Positions 16,517 through 25,335 of a DNA stretch of 64,000 nt are shown here, piece after piece. How positions within the stretch are numbered: the stretch's first letter is position 1; the number at the start of each line of letters is the position of its first letter. Under the pieces are notes generated by a model, which was given only the letters and a program-made list of their open reading frames with translations, was not told where the DNA came from and did not search any database. The DNA comes from a virus (taxonomy: Duplodnaviria > Caudoviricetes). The stretch lies in the IMG/VR virus record IMGVR_UViG_3300046820_001270, positions 64,001-128,000 of that record. The stretch is one strand, 5' to 3'. The position numbers and the translations under genes were made by a program.

Positions 16517-17886
16517 TAAATTACTTTATATAAATTAAATCTTTCACGTGGTGTAAAATTCTTTATTGTTTTTTCTATTCCTTCACTCATAGAGTCACAC
16601 ATAACTTTTGACGATAAGTTATTGATTGCCCACTCTCTTCCTACTTGACCATTCTCTTTTCTTTTTTCTTTACCTAACAAATACATTTCATTAATTGCAT
16701 TAGCAACTTCATTATTATTAACTCTATCATCATAGATATACGGTGTCAATGGAGATCCGTTTATGTTTGTTGCTGCCGGCCATACAGGTTTAACCCACAC
16801 ACCATGATCTGGTTTAACAAGTGAATTACTTAAAGTTTCGATAACAATGTATTGGTCGGGAGTTAAAAATTTACCATCATACCCAAACCCACATTGGTCT
16901 TGTAAACCACCTGTTACACTTACAATGATGGGTGTTCCCGCCATCATACTTTCCGCCGTACCTAAACCAAATCCTTCATTATTTGCAATGTTAATCGTAC
17001 AATCGGCAATGTTATATAGTTTATTTAAGAGATCATTTTCAATTTTGGTCGTTGAAAAAACGATATCATAATTTGGACATACCTTATCTTTAACAGCGTA
17101 TAAGTCTGTACCATTATTATCGATAGGAGCGGTGTGCATAACCAATACACACTTTTTAGATTGTTCTTTACTTAATTTATCACAGAATAATTTAAATGAT
17201 TCTATAACGTCCGCAGGTTGTTTTCTACGAATATTTCTGTTATTAAAAAATAAAACAAAATCGTATTCTTTACCCTCAAATAAATCCTTTTTAACTTGAG
17301 TTAATTCTTTTTCATCTAATGGTTTAAAAATATTTTCATTAATACCGTGAGGAACATAACTAATTTGCCAATCTTCCAATGGTTTACGAATACCATCTTC
17401 AATCTTACCAACACGATTAACAATACCGTATGTCAATTTAGAAATACAACCTAACCAATCACAACTTTCATAGTAATCTTTATTGTATAATGGATCGGGT
17501 ACGTTATCCCAAATGTGATAATATAAAATTGGGACTTGTTGTCTTATCTCATGTTCAGAATCATATAACCATTGCCAATAGTGAGGATCAGTAAAATGTA
17601 AGATAGCATCTATTTTCATTTCGCTTAATATTTTCCTCAACATTACAATATCACCATATGAATTATATGGTATAATTTTTAATTCGGCATCAGGAACACC
17701 AGTTTTTTCTCTAATATCAGTATCAACATCCACAAATTTACCAGCTTCATTATGATTAATACCCGCACCTAATTGAACCCAATTAAAACGATCAACGGTA
17801 CCCATCACAAACTCTCTTGACATTGTGGCGATACCCGATGTCATTCGTAAATCGTCTGATAGTAATAATATTCTTGGTTTACCCAT
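16516..17886 (-). CDS. GT4 glycosyltransferase
   Basis: Start moved to ATG 17886; TSGIA, NRNIRRK, NEGFGLGTAESMMAGTP. Confidence 0.85.
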   Translation of the reverse strand: MGKPRILLLSDDLRMTSGIATMSREFVMGTVDRFNWVQLGAGINHNEAGKFVDVDTDIREKTGVPDAELKIIPYNSYGDIVMLRKILSEMKIDAILHFTDPHYWQWLYDSEHEIRQQVPILYYHIWDNVPDPLYNKDYYESCDWLGCISKLTYGIVNRVGKIEDGIRKPLEDWQISYVPHGINENIFKPLDEKELTQVKKDLFEGKEYDFVLFFNNRNIRRKQPADVIESFKLFCDKLSKEQSKKCVLVMHTAPIDNNGTDLYAVKDKVCPNYDIVFSTTKIENDLLNKLYNIADCTINIANNEGFGLGTAESMMAGTPIIVSVTGGLQDQCGFGYDGKFLTPDQYIVIETLSNSLVKPDHGVWVKPVWPAATNINGSPLTPYIYDDRVNNNEVANAINEMYLLGKEKRKENGQVGREWAINNLSSKVMCDSMSEGIEKTIKNFTPRERFNLYKVI

Positions 17887-17887
17887 A

Positions 17888-18085
17888 TTAATATTTTGAT
17901 CCACTCACAGCTAAATCTGTGTAGTTATTTATTTTGCTTCTAAATGATTCATCTTTAACATAAAGATCTAATGTACGATTAACTAACTTTTGTAGGTTAA
18001 TATTACCATCAATTGCATTTATTTTAAATTTTCTGTAAACGTCTTCCAATACATGGACACTCGTTAATTTTTTTTCTACTTTCAT
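17888..18085 (-). CDS. small protein, possible ribbon-helix-helix DNA-binding fold
   Basis: KLTSVHV strand then two helices (YRKFKINA, LQKLVNRTLDLY). Confidence 0.6.
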   Translation of the reverse strand: MKVEKKLTSVHVLEDVYRKFKINAIDGNINLQKLVNRTLDLYVKDESFRSKINNYTDLAVSGSKY

Positions 18086-18120
18086 ATTCAATTATATATT
18101 TAGATATATATTACTAAATT

Positions 18121-18149
18121 GAAAAAATATCGTCAATAAAGACGATATT
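18121..18149 (-). terminator. intrinsic terminator
   Basis: aatatcgtc/gacgatatt 9-bp stem, 6-nt loop, T-run on minus strand. Confidence 0.6.
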
Positions 18150-18175
18150 CTCAATTATCTATAATATTGACGATA

Positions 18176-18352
18176 CTATTGTTTGATTTGATTCAATTTC
18201 TCAACAATTGCGTCGACTATTAATTGTTGTTGATCAGGTAATGTACCGTTATTAGTTTGTTGATTAACTTGGTTTTCATCTAATGAAACGTTAATTTGTG
18301 TTGGTTCAGCTACTACTTGAGTAGTCTTGTTTTTTTTACATCCGCATCCCAT
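18176..18352 (-). CDS. 58-aa MGCGCKK protein (not in ORF track)
   Basis: ATG 18352 to TAG 18176, MGCGCKKNKTTQ...EKLNQIKQ; TATTTAT upstream and terminator downstream. Confidence 0.75.
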   Translation of the reverse strand: MGCGCKKNKTTQVVAEPTQINVSLDENQVNQQTNNGTLPDQQQLIVDAIVEKLNQIKQ

Positions 18353-18367
18353 AGTATTTCTTTTTTT

Positions 18368-18374
18368 ATAAATA
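18368..18374 (-). promoter_or_regulatory. putative late-promoter motif TATTTAT
   Basis: Upstream of ATG 18352 on minus strand. Confidence 0.45.
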
Positions 18375-18436
18375 TTTTGGTTTATTGTTTTTTATTTCTT
18401 ATATTTTAATAATACAAAAAATAAATTTAAATATCA

Positions 18437-19126
18437 ATGGATAAAGACTTTAAAATGGTGAAAAGTGTCTACACCTCAAACTACGACGCAATTACGAATA
18501 TAATGCACCTTTATAACATAGAAAGGTTTGATTTAGACTGTACATATTCTAAGGGTAGTTTTTGGAAAGACCTACCTGGACCCGTTTACAAGACAGATTT
18601 AATTCCATCAAACGATAGTGTAGTTGAGGCCAATTCTGAGAACTTACCGTTTGAGGATGGGTCAATGAGAACTATTATGTATGATCCTCCATTCGTTGTG
18701 GCGGGAGCATCCTATAAGAACAATAAAGAAGGTAGTTCAATCATTGCAAAACGATTTGAGGGGTATACTAACTATAAAGAATTAACTGACAATTATTACA
18801 ATACATTAAAGGAATTATATAGGGTATGTCAGAAAGGTGGGTATGTTGTAATGAAATGTCAGGACACCGTATCAGGGGGTAAGAATCACTTTACACATTG
18901 TCTTATTATGAACATGGCGATGGAGATTGGGTTTTATCCAAGAGATATGTTTATTTTACATAACAAGGTGAGGATCAATAGTTTCGGTACTAAATGGACT
19001 AAACAAGAACATGCAAGAAAATATCACAGTTACTATTGGGTGTTTGAGAAAGTTAAACCAAAGGTTAAATATGATTTTATTACTCCAATTATCGAACAGG
19101 GTTTTGAGGAGTCCCCAAATACATAG
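18437..19126 (+). CDS. amino-group (N6-adenine/N4-cytosine) DNA methyltransferase-like protein
   Basis: DCTYSKG motif-I-like segment followed by YDPPF motif IV. Confidence 0.7.
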   Translation: MDKDFKMVKSVYTSNYDAITNIMHLYNIERFDLDCTYSKGSFWKDLPGPVYKTDLIPSNDSVVEANSENLPFEDGSMRTIMYDPPFVVAGASYKNNKEGSSIIAKRFEGYTNYKELTDNYYNTLKELYRVCQKGGYVVMKCQDTVSGGKNHFTHCLIMNMAMEIGFYPRDMFILHNKVRINSFGTKWTKQEHARKYHSYYWVFEKVKPKVKYDFITPIIEQGFEESPNT

Positions 19127-19454
19127 CAACTTTGTCCCCCACCTTCCAACCATCACATGTGCCGGCAGGGAATTCAATAACATGATCGCCAATACCTGTG
19201 TAACGAGGTAGGGTCATACGATGAGAATCTTCAACGGGACAATTGGGATGAATACGGTTGATACGGTTATTGAGAATAAAAACAATATCAAGTGGTACGA
19301 GGCAATTCTTCATCCAAAACGAATGATGACCTTTACCCATCTTGAATACCATACAACCGTTTAGTTCTTCTCTACCCATCATACCTCTTTCAATATCCTC
19401 AGGTGTGGATAAGTATTCGGCGGTGAATGTTTTGTTATTAATGTGAACTGACAT
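19089..19454 (-). CDS. DUF192-family protein
   Basis: RGMMGR, FWMKNCLVPLDIVFI, VIEFPAG. Confidence 0.85.
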   Translation of the reverse strand: MSVHINNKTFTAEYLSTPEDIERGMMGREELNGCMVFKMGKGHHSFWMKNCLVPLDIVFILNNRINRIHPNCPVEDSHRMTLPRYTGIGDHVIEFPAGTCDGWKVGDKVAMYLGTPQNPVR

Positions 19455-19465
19455 AACTATAATTA

Positions 19466-19497
19466 TTTGGAATTATCAAAATATATCATTATATTTG
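19466..19497 (+). promoter_or_regulatory. Bacteroidota-type housekeeping promoter
   Basis: TTTG 19466-19469, 20-nt spacer, TATATTTG 19490-19497, ATG 19502. Confidence 0.75.
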
Positions 19498-19501
19498 AAC
19501 T

Positions 19502-19753
19502 ATGGAAAGTATATTTGGAAGTTTAATAGAATTTGACAGTCAGAAAGAACTGAATGAATACATGGAAAATTTGGACGTACTCAGTGCGACACAAATTATT
19601 GAAAAACAAATTGAATATGTTGCTTCACATGGTGGATTTACTATTGTTGAAAGTCACGTTTTATATAAATGTTTAATTAAATTAAAAGAAGATGCAAATA
19701 AGAATCAAAGAGATCATCTACATAATGATGATACTAACGGGGATATTGGTTGA
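19502..19753 (+). CDS. hypothetical protein
   Basis: 83-aa ORF right after promoter. Confidence 0.7.
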   Translation: MESIFGSLIEFDSQKELNEYMENLDVLSATQIIEKQIEYVASHGGFTIVESHVLYKCLIKLKEDANKNQRDHLHNDDTNGDIG

Positions 19754-19871
19754 GAAATACGGACTTAAAGGTGCGGATCCCGAATTGGTAAAATACTTTG
19801 GATGGGGTGTTATAAGTCTCGGTTCATTCAATTTAGTATTAGATTACATTAGAAAACCTAAAAAGAAATAA
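19692..19871 (+). CDS. 59-aa membrane protein (not in ORF track)
   Basis: MQIRIKEIIYIMMILTG...RKPKKK, two hydrophobic segments, ends 1 nt before next ATG. Confidence 0.55.
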   Translation: MQIRIKEIIYIMMILTGILVEKYGLKGADPELVKYFGWGVISLGSFNLVLDYIRKPKKK

Positions 19872-19872
19872 T

Positions 19873-20439
19873 ATGTCAAAGTTTACAAAAAAATGGCAGA
19901 AGGAATTTGAGAAAAGATATTCCACTGCGGTTCTCGAATTAAAAAATTTGGAGGCTGAATATAAAGAAATGAAGGATACAAATCCTGATGAATGGTCACT
20001 AAGTTTTATGACCCCAAAGGAAAGTGAAATTGATTTTGGAGTATTAGGTGATTATAGTATATACGATTACGGAGATAAAGTTGATATCAGATTTAATGGT
20101 AGTATCATTAGTGTTGATTTTTCAATAACAGAATTGAAAAAATTAATTGAATTAAGAAATGAATTGATAAAAGCAATTGATACATTCCAAAGACCAATAG
20201 TGAAAGAAAAAGTTGTTGTTGATACTGATAATTGCGATGATGAGGAAGACGCCGAAGAACAAGAATGGGAAATTAAAGCTGAAAGGTCATTAACCGAATC
20301 ATGGACATACACCGTAACGGCAATAAGTGCGTGTGAGGCTATAAAAATGTTAGAACAAGACGAAGATCAAGTAGGTATAAAACATAATGATGACAGTGAA
20401 TATTATGATTATGGTGATATAGAATACGAATCAATTTAA
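19873..20439 (+). CDS. hypothetical acidic protein
   Basis: 188-aa ORF in operon. Confidence 0.8.
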   Translation: MSKFTKKWQKEFEKRYSTAVLELKNLEAEYKEMKDTNPDEWSLSFMTPKESEIDFGVLGDYSIYDYGDKVDIRFNGSIISVDFSITELKKLIELRNELIKAIDTFQRPIVKEKVVVDTDNCDDEEDAEEQEWEIKAERSLTESWTYTVTAISACEAIKMLEQDEDQVGIKHNDDSEYYDYGDIEYESI

Positions 20440-20455
20440 TAATAAAAATAAAAAA

Positions 20456-20743
20456 ATGACAAAAAGAAATTACGAAAACGAACTTATGGAAGCAATCGCA
20501 CCATTTGTTGCCGATTACCAAGAATTCCCTCGTGGATTTGCTGAAACTGACAATCTTAATGATATTAACGAATGTCAAAAAATAGTGAATGAAATGTTAA
20601 GAGATTTTAATGTTTTTTATACTATTTCAGATAAAAAACAGGCCATCAAAGAAGAAAAAAATAGATGGGAACAAGGAAAAAACGCATGGTGTTATGGTAG
20701 ATACATAGCTAGATTAAACTATCTTAAAAATAATAAAAATTAA
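20456..20743 (+). CDS. hypothetical protein
   Basis: 95-aa ORF in operon. Confidence 0.75.
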   Translation: MTKRNYENELMEAIAPFVADYQEFPRGFAETDNLNDINECQKIVNEMLRDFNVFYTISDKKQAIKEEKNRWEQGKNAWCYGRYIARLNYLKNNKN

Positions 20744-20747
20744 TTAT

Positions 20748-21179
20748 ATGAGTCAAGTAAAATTTTCAACAGCAAAAGGGGATATGATTGCTGAGTTATA
20801 CGATAACGAAACCCCAATTACAGTCAATAACTTTAAAGAGTTAATTAGTAAAGGATTTTATAATGGATTAAACTTCCATAGAGTATTACCTAACTTTGTA
20901 ATTCAGGGAGGGTGTCCAAATGGAACAGGATCTGGTGGACCAGGTTATAACATTCCTTGTGAAGTAAATGCAGATAAACAATATCACGACAGAGGAGTTC
21001 TGTCAATGGCACATGCAGGAAGAAATACCGGTGGTTCACAGTTCTTTATTTGCCACAGTAGACAAGGAACACAACACTTAGATAAAAACCATACATGTTT
21101 TGGTAAAGTCATCGAAGGTTTAGATATAATTGATTCTATTCAACAAGGAGATAAAATTAATTCAATAGAAATTTTATAA
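20748..21179 (+). CDS. cyclophilin-type peptidyl-prolyl cis-trans isomerase
   Basis: FHRVLPNFVIQGG, LSMAHAG, GSQFFI, HLD, FGKV. Confidence 0.95.
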   Translation: MSQVKFSTAKGDMIAELYDNETPITVNNFKELISKGFYNGLNFHRVLPNFVIQGGCPNGTGSGGPGYNIPCEVNADKQYHDRGVLSMAHAGRNTGGSQFFICHSRQGTQHLDKNHTCFGKVIEGLDIIDSIQQGDKINSIEIL

Positions 21180-21373
21180 TGTTAAAGAATTATTACAAAG
21201 ACTTTTTTGTCTATAAGAAGAACCATCACTGGTATATTTTACCGGCTATCATATTTTATTATGATAAGCATTCAATTTATGATGACGGTAAAATGGCACC
21301 ATCATACGGTTTAACGGTTAGATGGTTACGTTATATGATTGGAATACAAATACAAAAGATAGATGAAAATTGA
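21179..21373 (+). CDS. hypothetical protein
   Basis: 64-aa ORF coupled to both neighbours. Confidence 0.65.
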   Translation: MLKNYYKDFFVYKKNHHWYILPAIIFYYDKHSIYDDGKMAPSYGLTVRWLRYMIGIQIQKIDEN

Positions 21374-21641
21374 ATTATACCCAACGACAATTGAAACATA
21401 CATGACTTGGCAAGAGGCTAATGATTATTGTGTTAAATTACAAGATGATTGGAGATTACCAACTAAAGAAGAGTTAATCTATATGTTTGACACAACCCCA
21501 AATGAATTTGGTAATTACGGATGTTGGGGAGAAAGACATAGTATATTTTATTCTTGGTCCATCGGTTTTAAAACTGGAAATGTGTATTTAAATTTAACTG
21601 AAAACAAAAATTATTTAAGACCGGTAAGAGATATAAAATGA
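21363..21641 (+). CDS. DUF1566/Lcl-like (C-type lectin fold) small protein
   Basis: TWQEANDYC, WRLPTKEEL, C-terminal LRPVR. Confidence 0.75.
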   Translation: MKIELYPTTIETYMTWQEANDYCVKLQDDWRLPTKEELIYMFDTTPNEFGNYGCWGERHSIFYSWSIGFKTGNVYLNLTENKNYLRPVRDIK

Positions 21642-22087
21642 TAGTAGATAAAACATATTGGGGTAGTGATTTACCATTACCTTTATCACCATCCGATAGA
21701 GATGTTGAAGTTTATAAAAATTATTTAAAAAAGGGGACAACTTTAATGTTAGGTTGTACTAAAAAGTTAATACCATTGAGTGATAGACAATTGGATATTG
21801 ACCCATGGTACAATGAAAACACAGTTATTAATGGAGATTGGGTAGATAACCAACATTTTTACAATAACATTATTATAGACGGTGGATTATGTTTCACTAA
21901 AAAATTGTGTGATGATATTGTGAAAATGGCGAGTAAAAATTGTGAAGTTTTTATATCAAGATCATTTAAACATAAATTAGACACGATGAAAATTGCGGAA
22001 TATTTCCCAAAGACATCCGACTTCAAAATTATACCAAAAGAAGTTGTAGTTTATGATGATTATTTTTTTTACATATGGAGATTTTAA
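21638..22087 (+). CDS. hypothetical protein, possibly degenerate SAM-methyltransferase fold
   Basis: LMLGCT, LDIDP, GDW, IIIDG pattern; coupled to next gene. Confidence 0.5.
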   Translation: MIVDKTYWGSDLPLPLSPSDRDVEVYKNYLKKGTTLMLGCTKKLIPLSDRQLDIDPWYNENTVINGDWVDNQHFYNNIIIDGGLCFTKKLCDDIVKMASKNCEVFISRSFKHKLDTMKIAEYFPKTSDFKIIPKEVVVYDDYFFYIWRF

Positions 22088-23118
22088 ATGACGAACAAAT
22101 AGATAAAGATGTTCTTAAGTTGTTAGAGATGTTTGAAACAACCCAATACAAAGAACATAAGATCAAACCTGAGATGATATCAGGACCAATCATTACACGA
22201 GACGATTTAAGGAACATGAAAATGGAGAAAGGACTTTACACAAGTAAATCGTCTGGATCCACTGGCGAACCTGTGAGCGTTGAGAAAACATATCAGGATA
22301 TGATATGGTCATTAGCAACAAACATTCGTGAAATCCGTTGGAGAAATTGGGACGTAACAAAGACTGTTGCGGTTATTAAAGCAACCCATAAAACAGATGA
22401 ACTTGATAGTTGGGGAATATCTAAACGTATAGAACCGGTACAAGGTAAAACCTACACAAATTCATATAAGACCATATCAGAATTACAGGAGTGGTTAGAA
22501 GAGGTAAACCCACATTATATTCAATGTATCCCATCAATACTTAAACAATTGAATGTTGCTAAGATTAGTAATTTTATTGATTGGAAAGGAACGGGGGAAT
22601 TAGGTGGAACAATGTATTCAACCGAAGAATGTGGAACAATTGCTATTTTGTGTCCTGAGAACCCACACGTATATCATGTGATGGAGAACATACATGTTGA
22701 GACGGACACAGATGGAGGTATTATAGTCACGTCAATGACTAACCCTTACATTAAACGATACAAACACGGAGATCATATTGAGATGGGGGAATGTACCTGT
22801 GGACGAACGATGCAAACAATAAAGGAAATTAAAGGTAGAACTCGTAATATGTTTACATTACCTAATGGTGATAAGAAATGGCCTCTATTAGGTTCACATC
22901 ATTACTATGAAAGATTTGGTATTAAACGATATAAAGCAACTCAAACATCTATTAATGAATTAACATTGGAGATAATTGCGGAACCATTAGAAGGAGAGGA
23001 AAGAGAATTAAAAGATTTGGTTTGTGAGTTTTTACAAACGGACATTAACATTACGATTAAATATGTGGATAACTTTCCAAACTATAAGTTTGAGGAGTTC
23101 GTGAGTTTAGTGAATTAA
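22075..23118 (+). CDS. phenylacetate-CoA ligase-like (PaaK/CapK) adenylate-forming enzyme
   Basis: TSKSSGSTGEP AMP loop, YSTEECG, IKRYKHGD, CTCGR, GR. Confidence 0.8.
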   Translation: MEILNDEQIDKDVLKLLEMFETTQYKEHKIKPEMISGPIITRDDLRNMKMEKGLYTSKSSGSTGEPVSVEKTYQDMIWSLATNIREIRWRNWDVTKTVAVIKATHKTDELDSWGISKRIEPVQGKTYTNSYKTISELQEWLEEVNPHYIQCIPSILKQLNVAKISNFIDWKGTGELGGTMYSTEECGTIAILCPENPHVYHVMENIHVETDTDGGIIVTSMTNPYIKRYKHGDHIEMGECTCGRTMQTIKEIKGRTRNMFTLPNGDKKWPLLGSHHYYERFGIKRYKATQTSINELTLEIIAEPLEGEERELKDLVCEFLQTDINITIKYVDNFPNYKFEEFVSLVN

Positions 23119-23120
23119 AA

Positions 23121-23152
23121 AACCCTGACGTTAGTTGTAAAAAATCAGGGTT
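23121..23152. terminator. hairpin between convergent genes
   Basis: aaccctga / tcagggtt inverted repeat. Confidence 0.45.
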
Positions 23153-23177
23153 AATTAGATAGTTGAAAATCAATTAC

Positions 23178-23303
23178 TTAGCGTCCTTGACCTCTGTAGT
23201 TTTTTTCAGTTCTATCGTGTTTGTTGTGAGTTTTTGTTGCTGAACCTTTTTTTCTCTTACCAAAAGAGACTTTGTTGTTACTAGCACTTTTTCCTTTTGC
23301 CAT
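23178..23303 (-). CDS. 41-aa basic peptide ending YRGQGR (not in ORF track)
   Basis: MAKGKSASNNKVSFGKRKKG...KNYRGQGR; TATTTAT at 23320-23326. Confidence 0.8.
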   Translation of the reverse strand: MAKGKSASNNKVSFGKRKKGSATKTHNKHDRTEKNYRGQGR

Positions 23304-23319
23304 AATTGTGTGTTTTTTA

Positions 23320-23326
23320 ATAAATA
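23320..23326 (-). promoter_or_regulatory. putative late-promoter motif TATTTAT
   Basis: Upstream of ATG 23303 on minus strand. Confidence 0.45.
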
Positions 23327-23374
23327 CACGTATATTCTAACTTTTTTCGTATATTTGACATCTAAACTTACTTT

Positions 23375-25300
23375 ATGGAAGAAATATTACTTTATCAACG
23401 ATACTCTTACGCGAAGATCACACCATATAAGAATTACTCTAAATTCCCAAGAGAGGTACAACCACATAGTGGAATACATAAACAATTATCGTATGATGAT
23501 GATTTTAGTACCATAACTCACTATTACGATGCGGAAGAAGGTATTGGATTAACTCCTTTATTAGATGGTACTAGAAAGAAAAACACAAGATACTTTTATT
23601 GGAAGGACGAACTTAAAGATATACCGGTCATAAAGTACGCATCTAAACATAAATTGGATGGTGGAATGGGAGTATTTTACACCACGAAAGATAGACACAT
23701 TAAGAAATATTATAACGAACCATTCAGTGATATATTAGTGGTTATTCTTGAGAGATCCATTATAAGAAGAGGAGATAAGGTCACCATAAAAACAAACAAA
23801 TATACAAAACACAGAGGTTTTAATTGTAAGTATTTTAAATCAAACAGATACACCACATCAGTTACTTTTGATATGGTTAAAGGTGATTTTTTAATTATCA
23901 ATGCAAGTTTTTTAGGTAAAAAGAAAAATAATCCTGTTTTTAGAAAAAATAGTTTTAACTATCTTATGAATTTCATAAAAAGTCCTGATGGACCATTTAG
24001 ATTTTTGAGAAATCACATGGGAAAAAATAATAGACTATATAAAGAATTATATTATGCGTTCGACGATAAACAGTTTAACCAAGCTCTTTATTCAGTATTC
24101 AATCGTATGATCACATATCCAACCGACGGAACATTATTTAGAGATTTATTTTATGACGAAGTAATGAGGTGGTTTATTAATACTAAGAAAATAAAAACAC
24201 CAAATGAATATAGGGATTTGATACTTAGATATTACCCAACTGAAAAGTATTTGAAAAAGAATGATAGGAAATTAGTTGCGTCAATATTAGATGTATTTCA
24301 AATCAAATCAAAAATAACAATTAAGTTATTACATGAAAAACCTAATGTAGATTTAAGGTCTCTAATTAAATTATGTTATTTATTTGGTGATCAATATCAA
24401 AAATATATCGGATCTATTAGTTTTGATATGTTTGGGATTATGAGTACAATTAATGACTTACCTTCATCTTCTTTAAGAATGATGGAAAGTACTTGTAATG
24501 ATTATAAAAATCATGGGTATGATATTAATGATATTGAGAAAGAAAATTTATTAAAAGTATTATTAAGTGAACCCGAAAGAGAAAGAGGAAATACTGTAAA
24601 TGAAAATTTTATGGGATTAGTTGTGGATCATTTTAGAATGTTAAATAGAATTAGAGAGTATGATCCTAATATTAGAATGAGAGCAAATAATAAAACTAAA
24701 TTTCATACTGAACATATGGAATTATCTAAAGTTATATCTCAAATTAAAAAGGGTTGGGTCATTCAATATTTTTATCCTGAGGAAACAATTAGACAAATAC
24801 AACAACCAATTAGTTGTGAGAAAAAAAGTGAGTTGTGGAAACACGATAGTGATGGTAGTAAAGAATTAATTACAATTGTACATGATGGTGATGTAATGAT
24901 TTATCCATATGTATTAACACGAGAGGAAGAATACATTGAGGAAGGTAAATTTATGCATCACTGTGTTGCATCATATGCTGAGACCGATACATCAATGATT
25001 GTTTCTTTACGAACTGAAAATCAACAAGATAGAGTTACATGTGAATTTCAAATATCAAGTGGTAAATTAATACAAGCAAAACATTTTTCAAATGCACAAC
25101 CACCAAAACATTATGAAGATGCGATAGATTGTGTGAGTGATTTGATTAGAATACACGCAAGATTTGGAACTCTTAATTGGTTAAAGAAAGACAGAGTTGC
25201 GATTAAAATAAATGGTGTTGAAATACCGGCGGAGAAAAGAGAACCAAGAAGATTGATAGATATTTTAGATTTAGATGATGCACTACCATTACCATTTTAA
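23375..25300 (+). CDS. large protein with C-terminal PcfJ-like domain
   Basis: EEGKFMHHCVASY ... SLR ... TCEF ... QAKHFSN. Confidence 0.7.
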   Translation: MEEILLYQRYSYAKITPYKNYSKFPREVQPHSGIHKQLSYDDDFSTITHYYDAEEGIGLTPLLDGTRKKNTRYFYWKDELKDIPVIKYASKHKLDGGMGVFYTTKDRHIKKYYNEPFSDILVVILERSIIRRGDKVTIKTNKYTKHRGFNCKYFKSNRYTTSVTFDMVKGDFLIINASFLGKKKNNPVFRKNSFNYLMNFIKSPDGPFRFLRNHMGKNNRLYKELYYAFDDKQFNQALYSVFNRMITYPTDGTLFRDLFYDEVMRWFINTKKIKTPNEYRDLILRYYPTEKYLKKNDRKLVASILDVFQIKSKITIKLLHEKPNVDLRSLIKLCYLFGDQYQKYIGSISFDMFGIMSTINDLPSSSLRMMESTCNDYKNHGYDINDIEKENLLKVLLSEPERERGNTVNENFMGLVVDHFRMLNRIREYDPNIRMRANNKTKFHTEHMELSKVISQIKKGWVIQYFYPEETIRQIQQPISCEKKSELWKHDSDGSKELITIVHDGDVMIYPYVLTREEEYIEEGKFMHHCVASYAETDTSMIVSLRTENQQDRVTCEFQISSGKLIQAKHFSNAQPPKHYEDAIDCVSDLIRIHARFGTLNWLKKDRVAIKINGVEIPAEKREPRRLIDILDLDDALPLPF

Positions 25301-25335
25301 CTACACATTTTCATTAAATCCATATATATTACTAT

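Noticed and set aside
21363-21641. Complete diversity-generating retroelement
   Set aside because: No reverse transcriptase or adenine-variant template repeat in the window; the 62329/62395 repeat mismatches are not adenine-specific.
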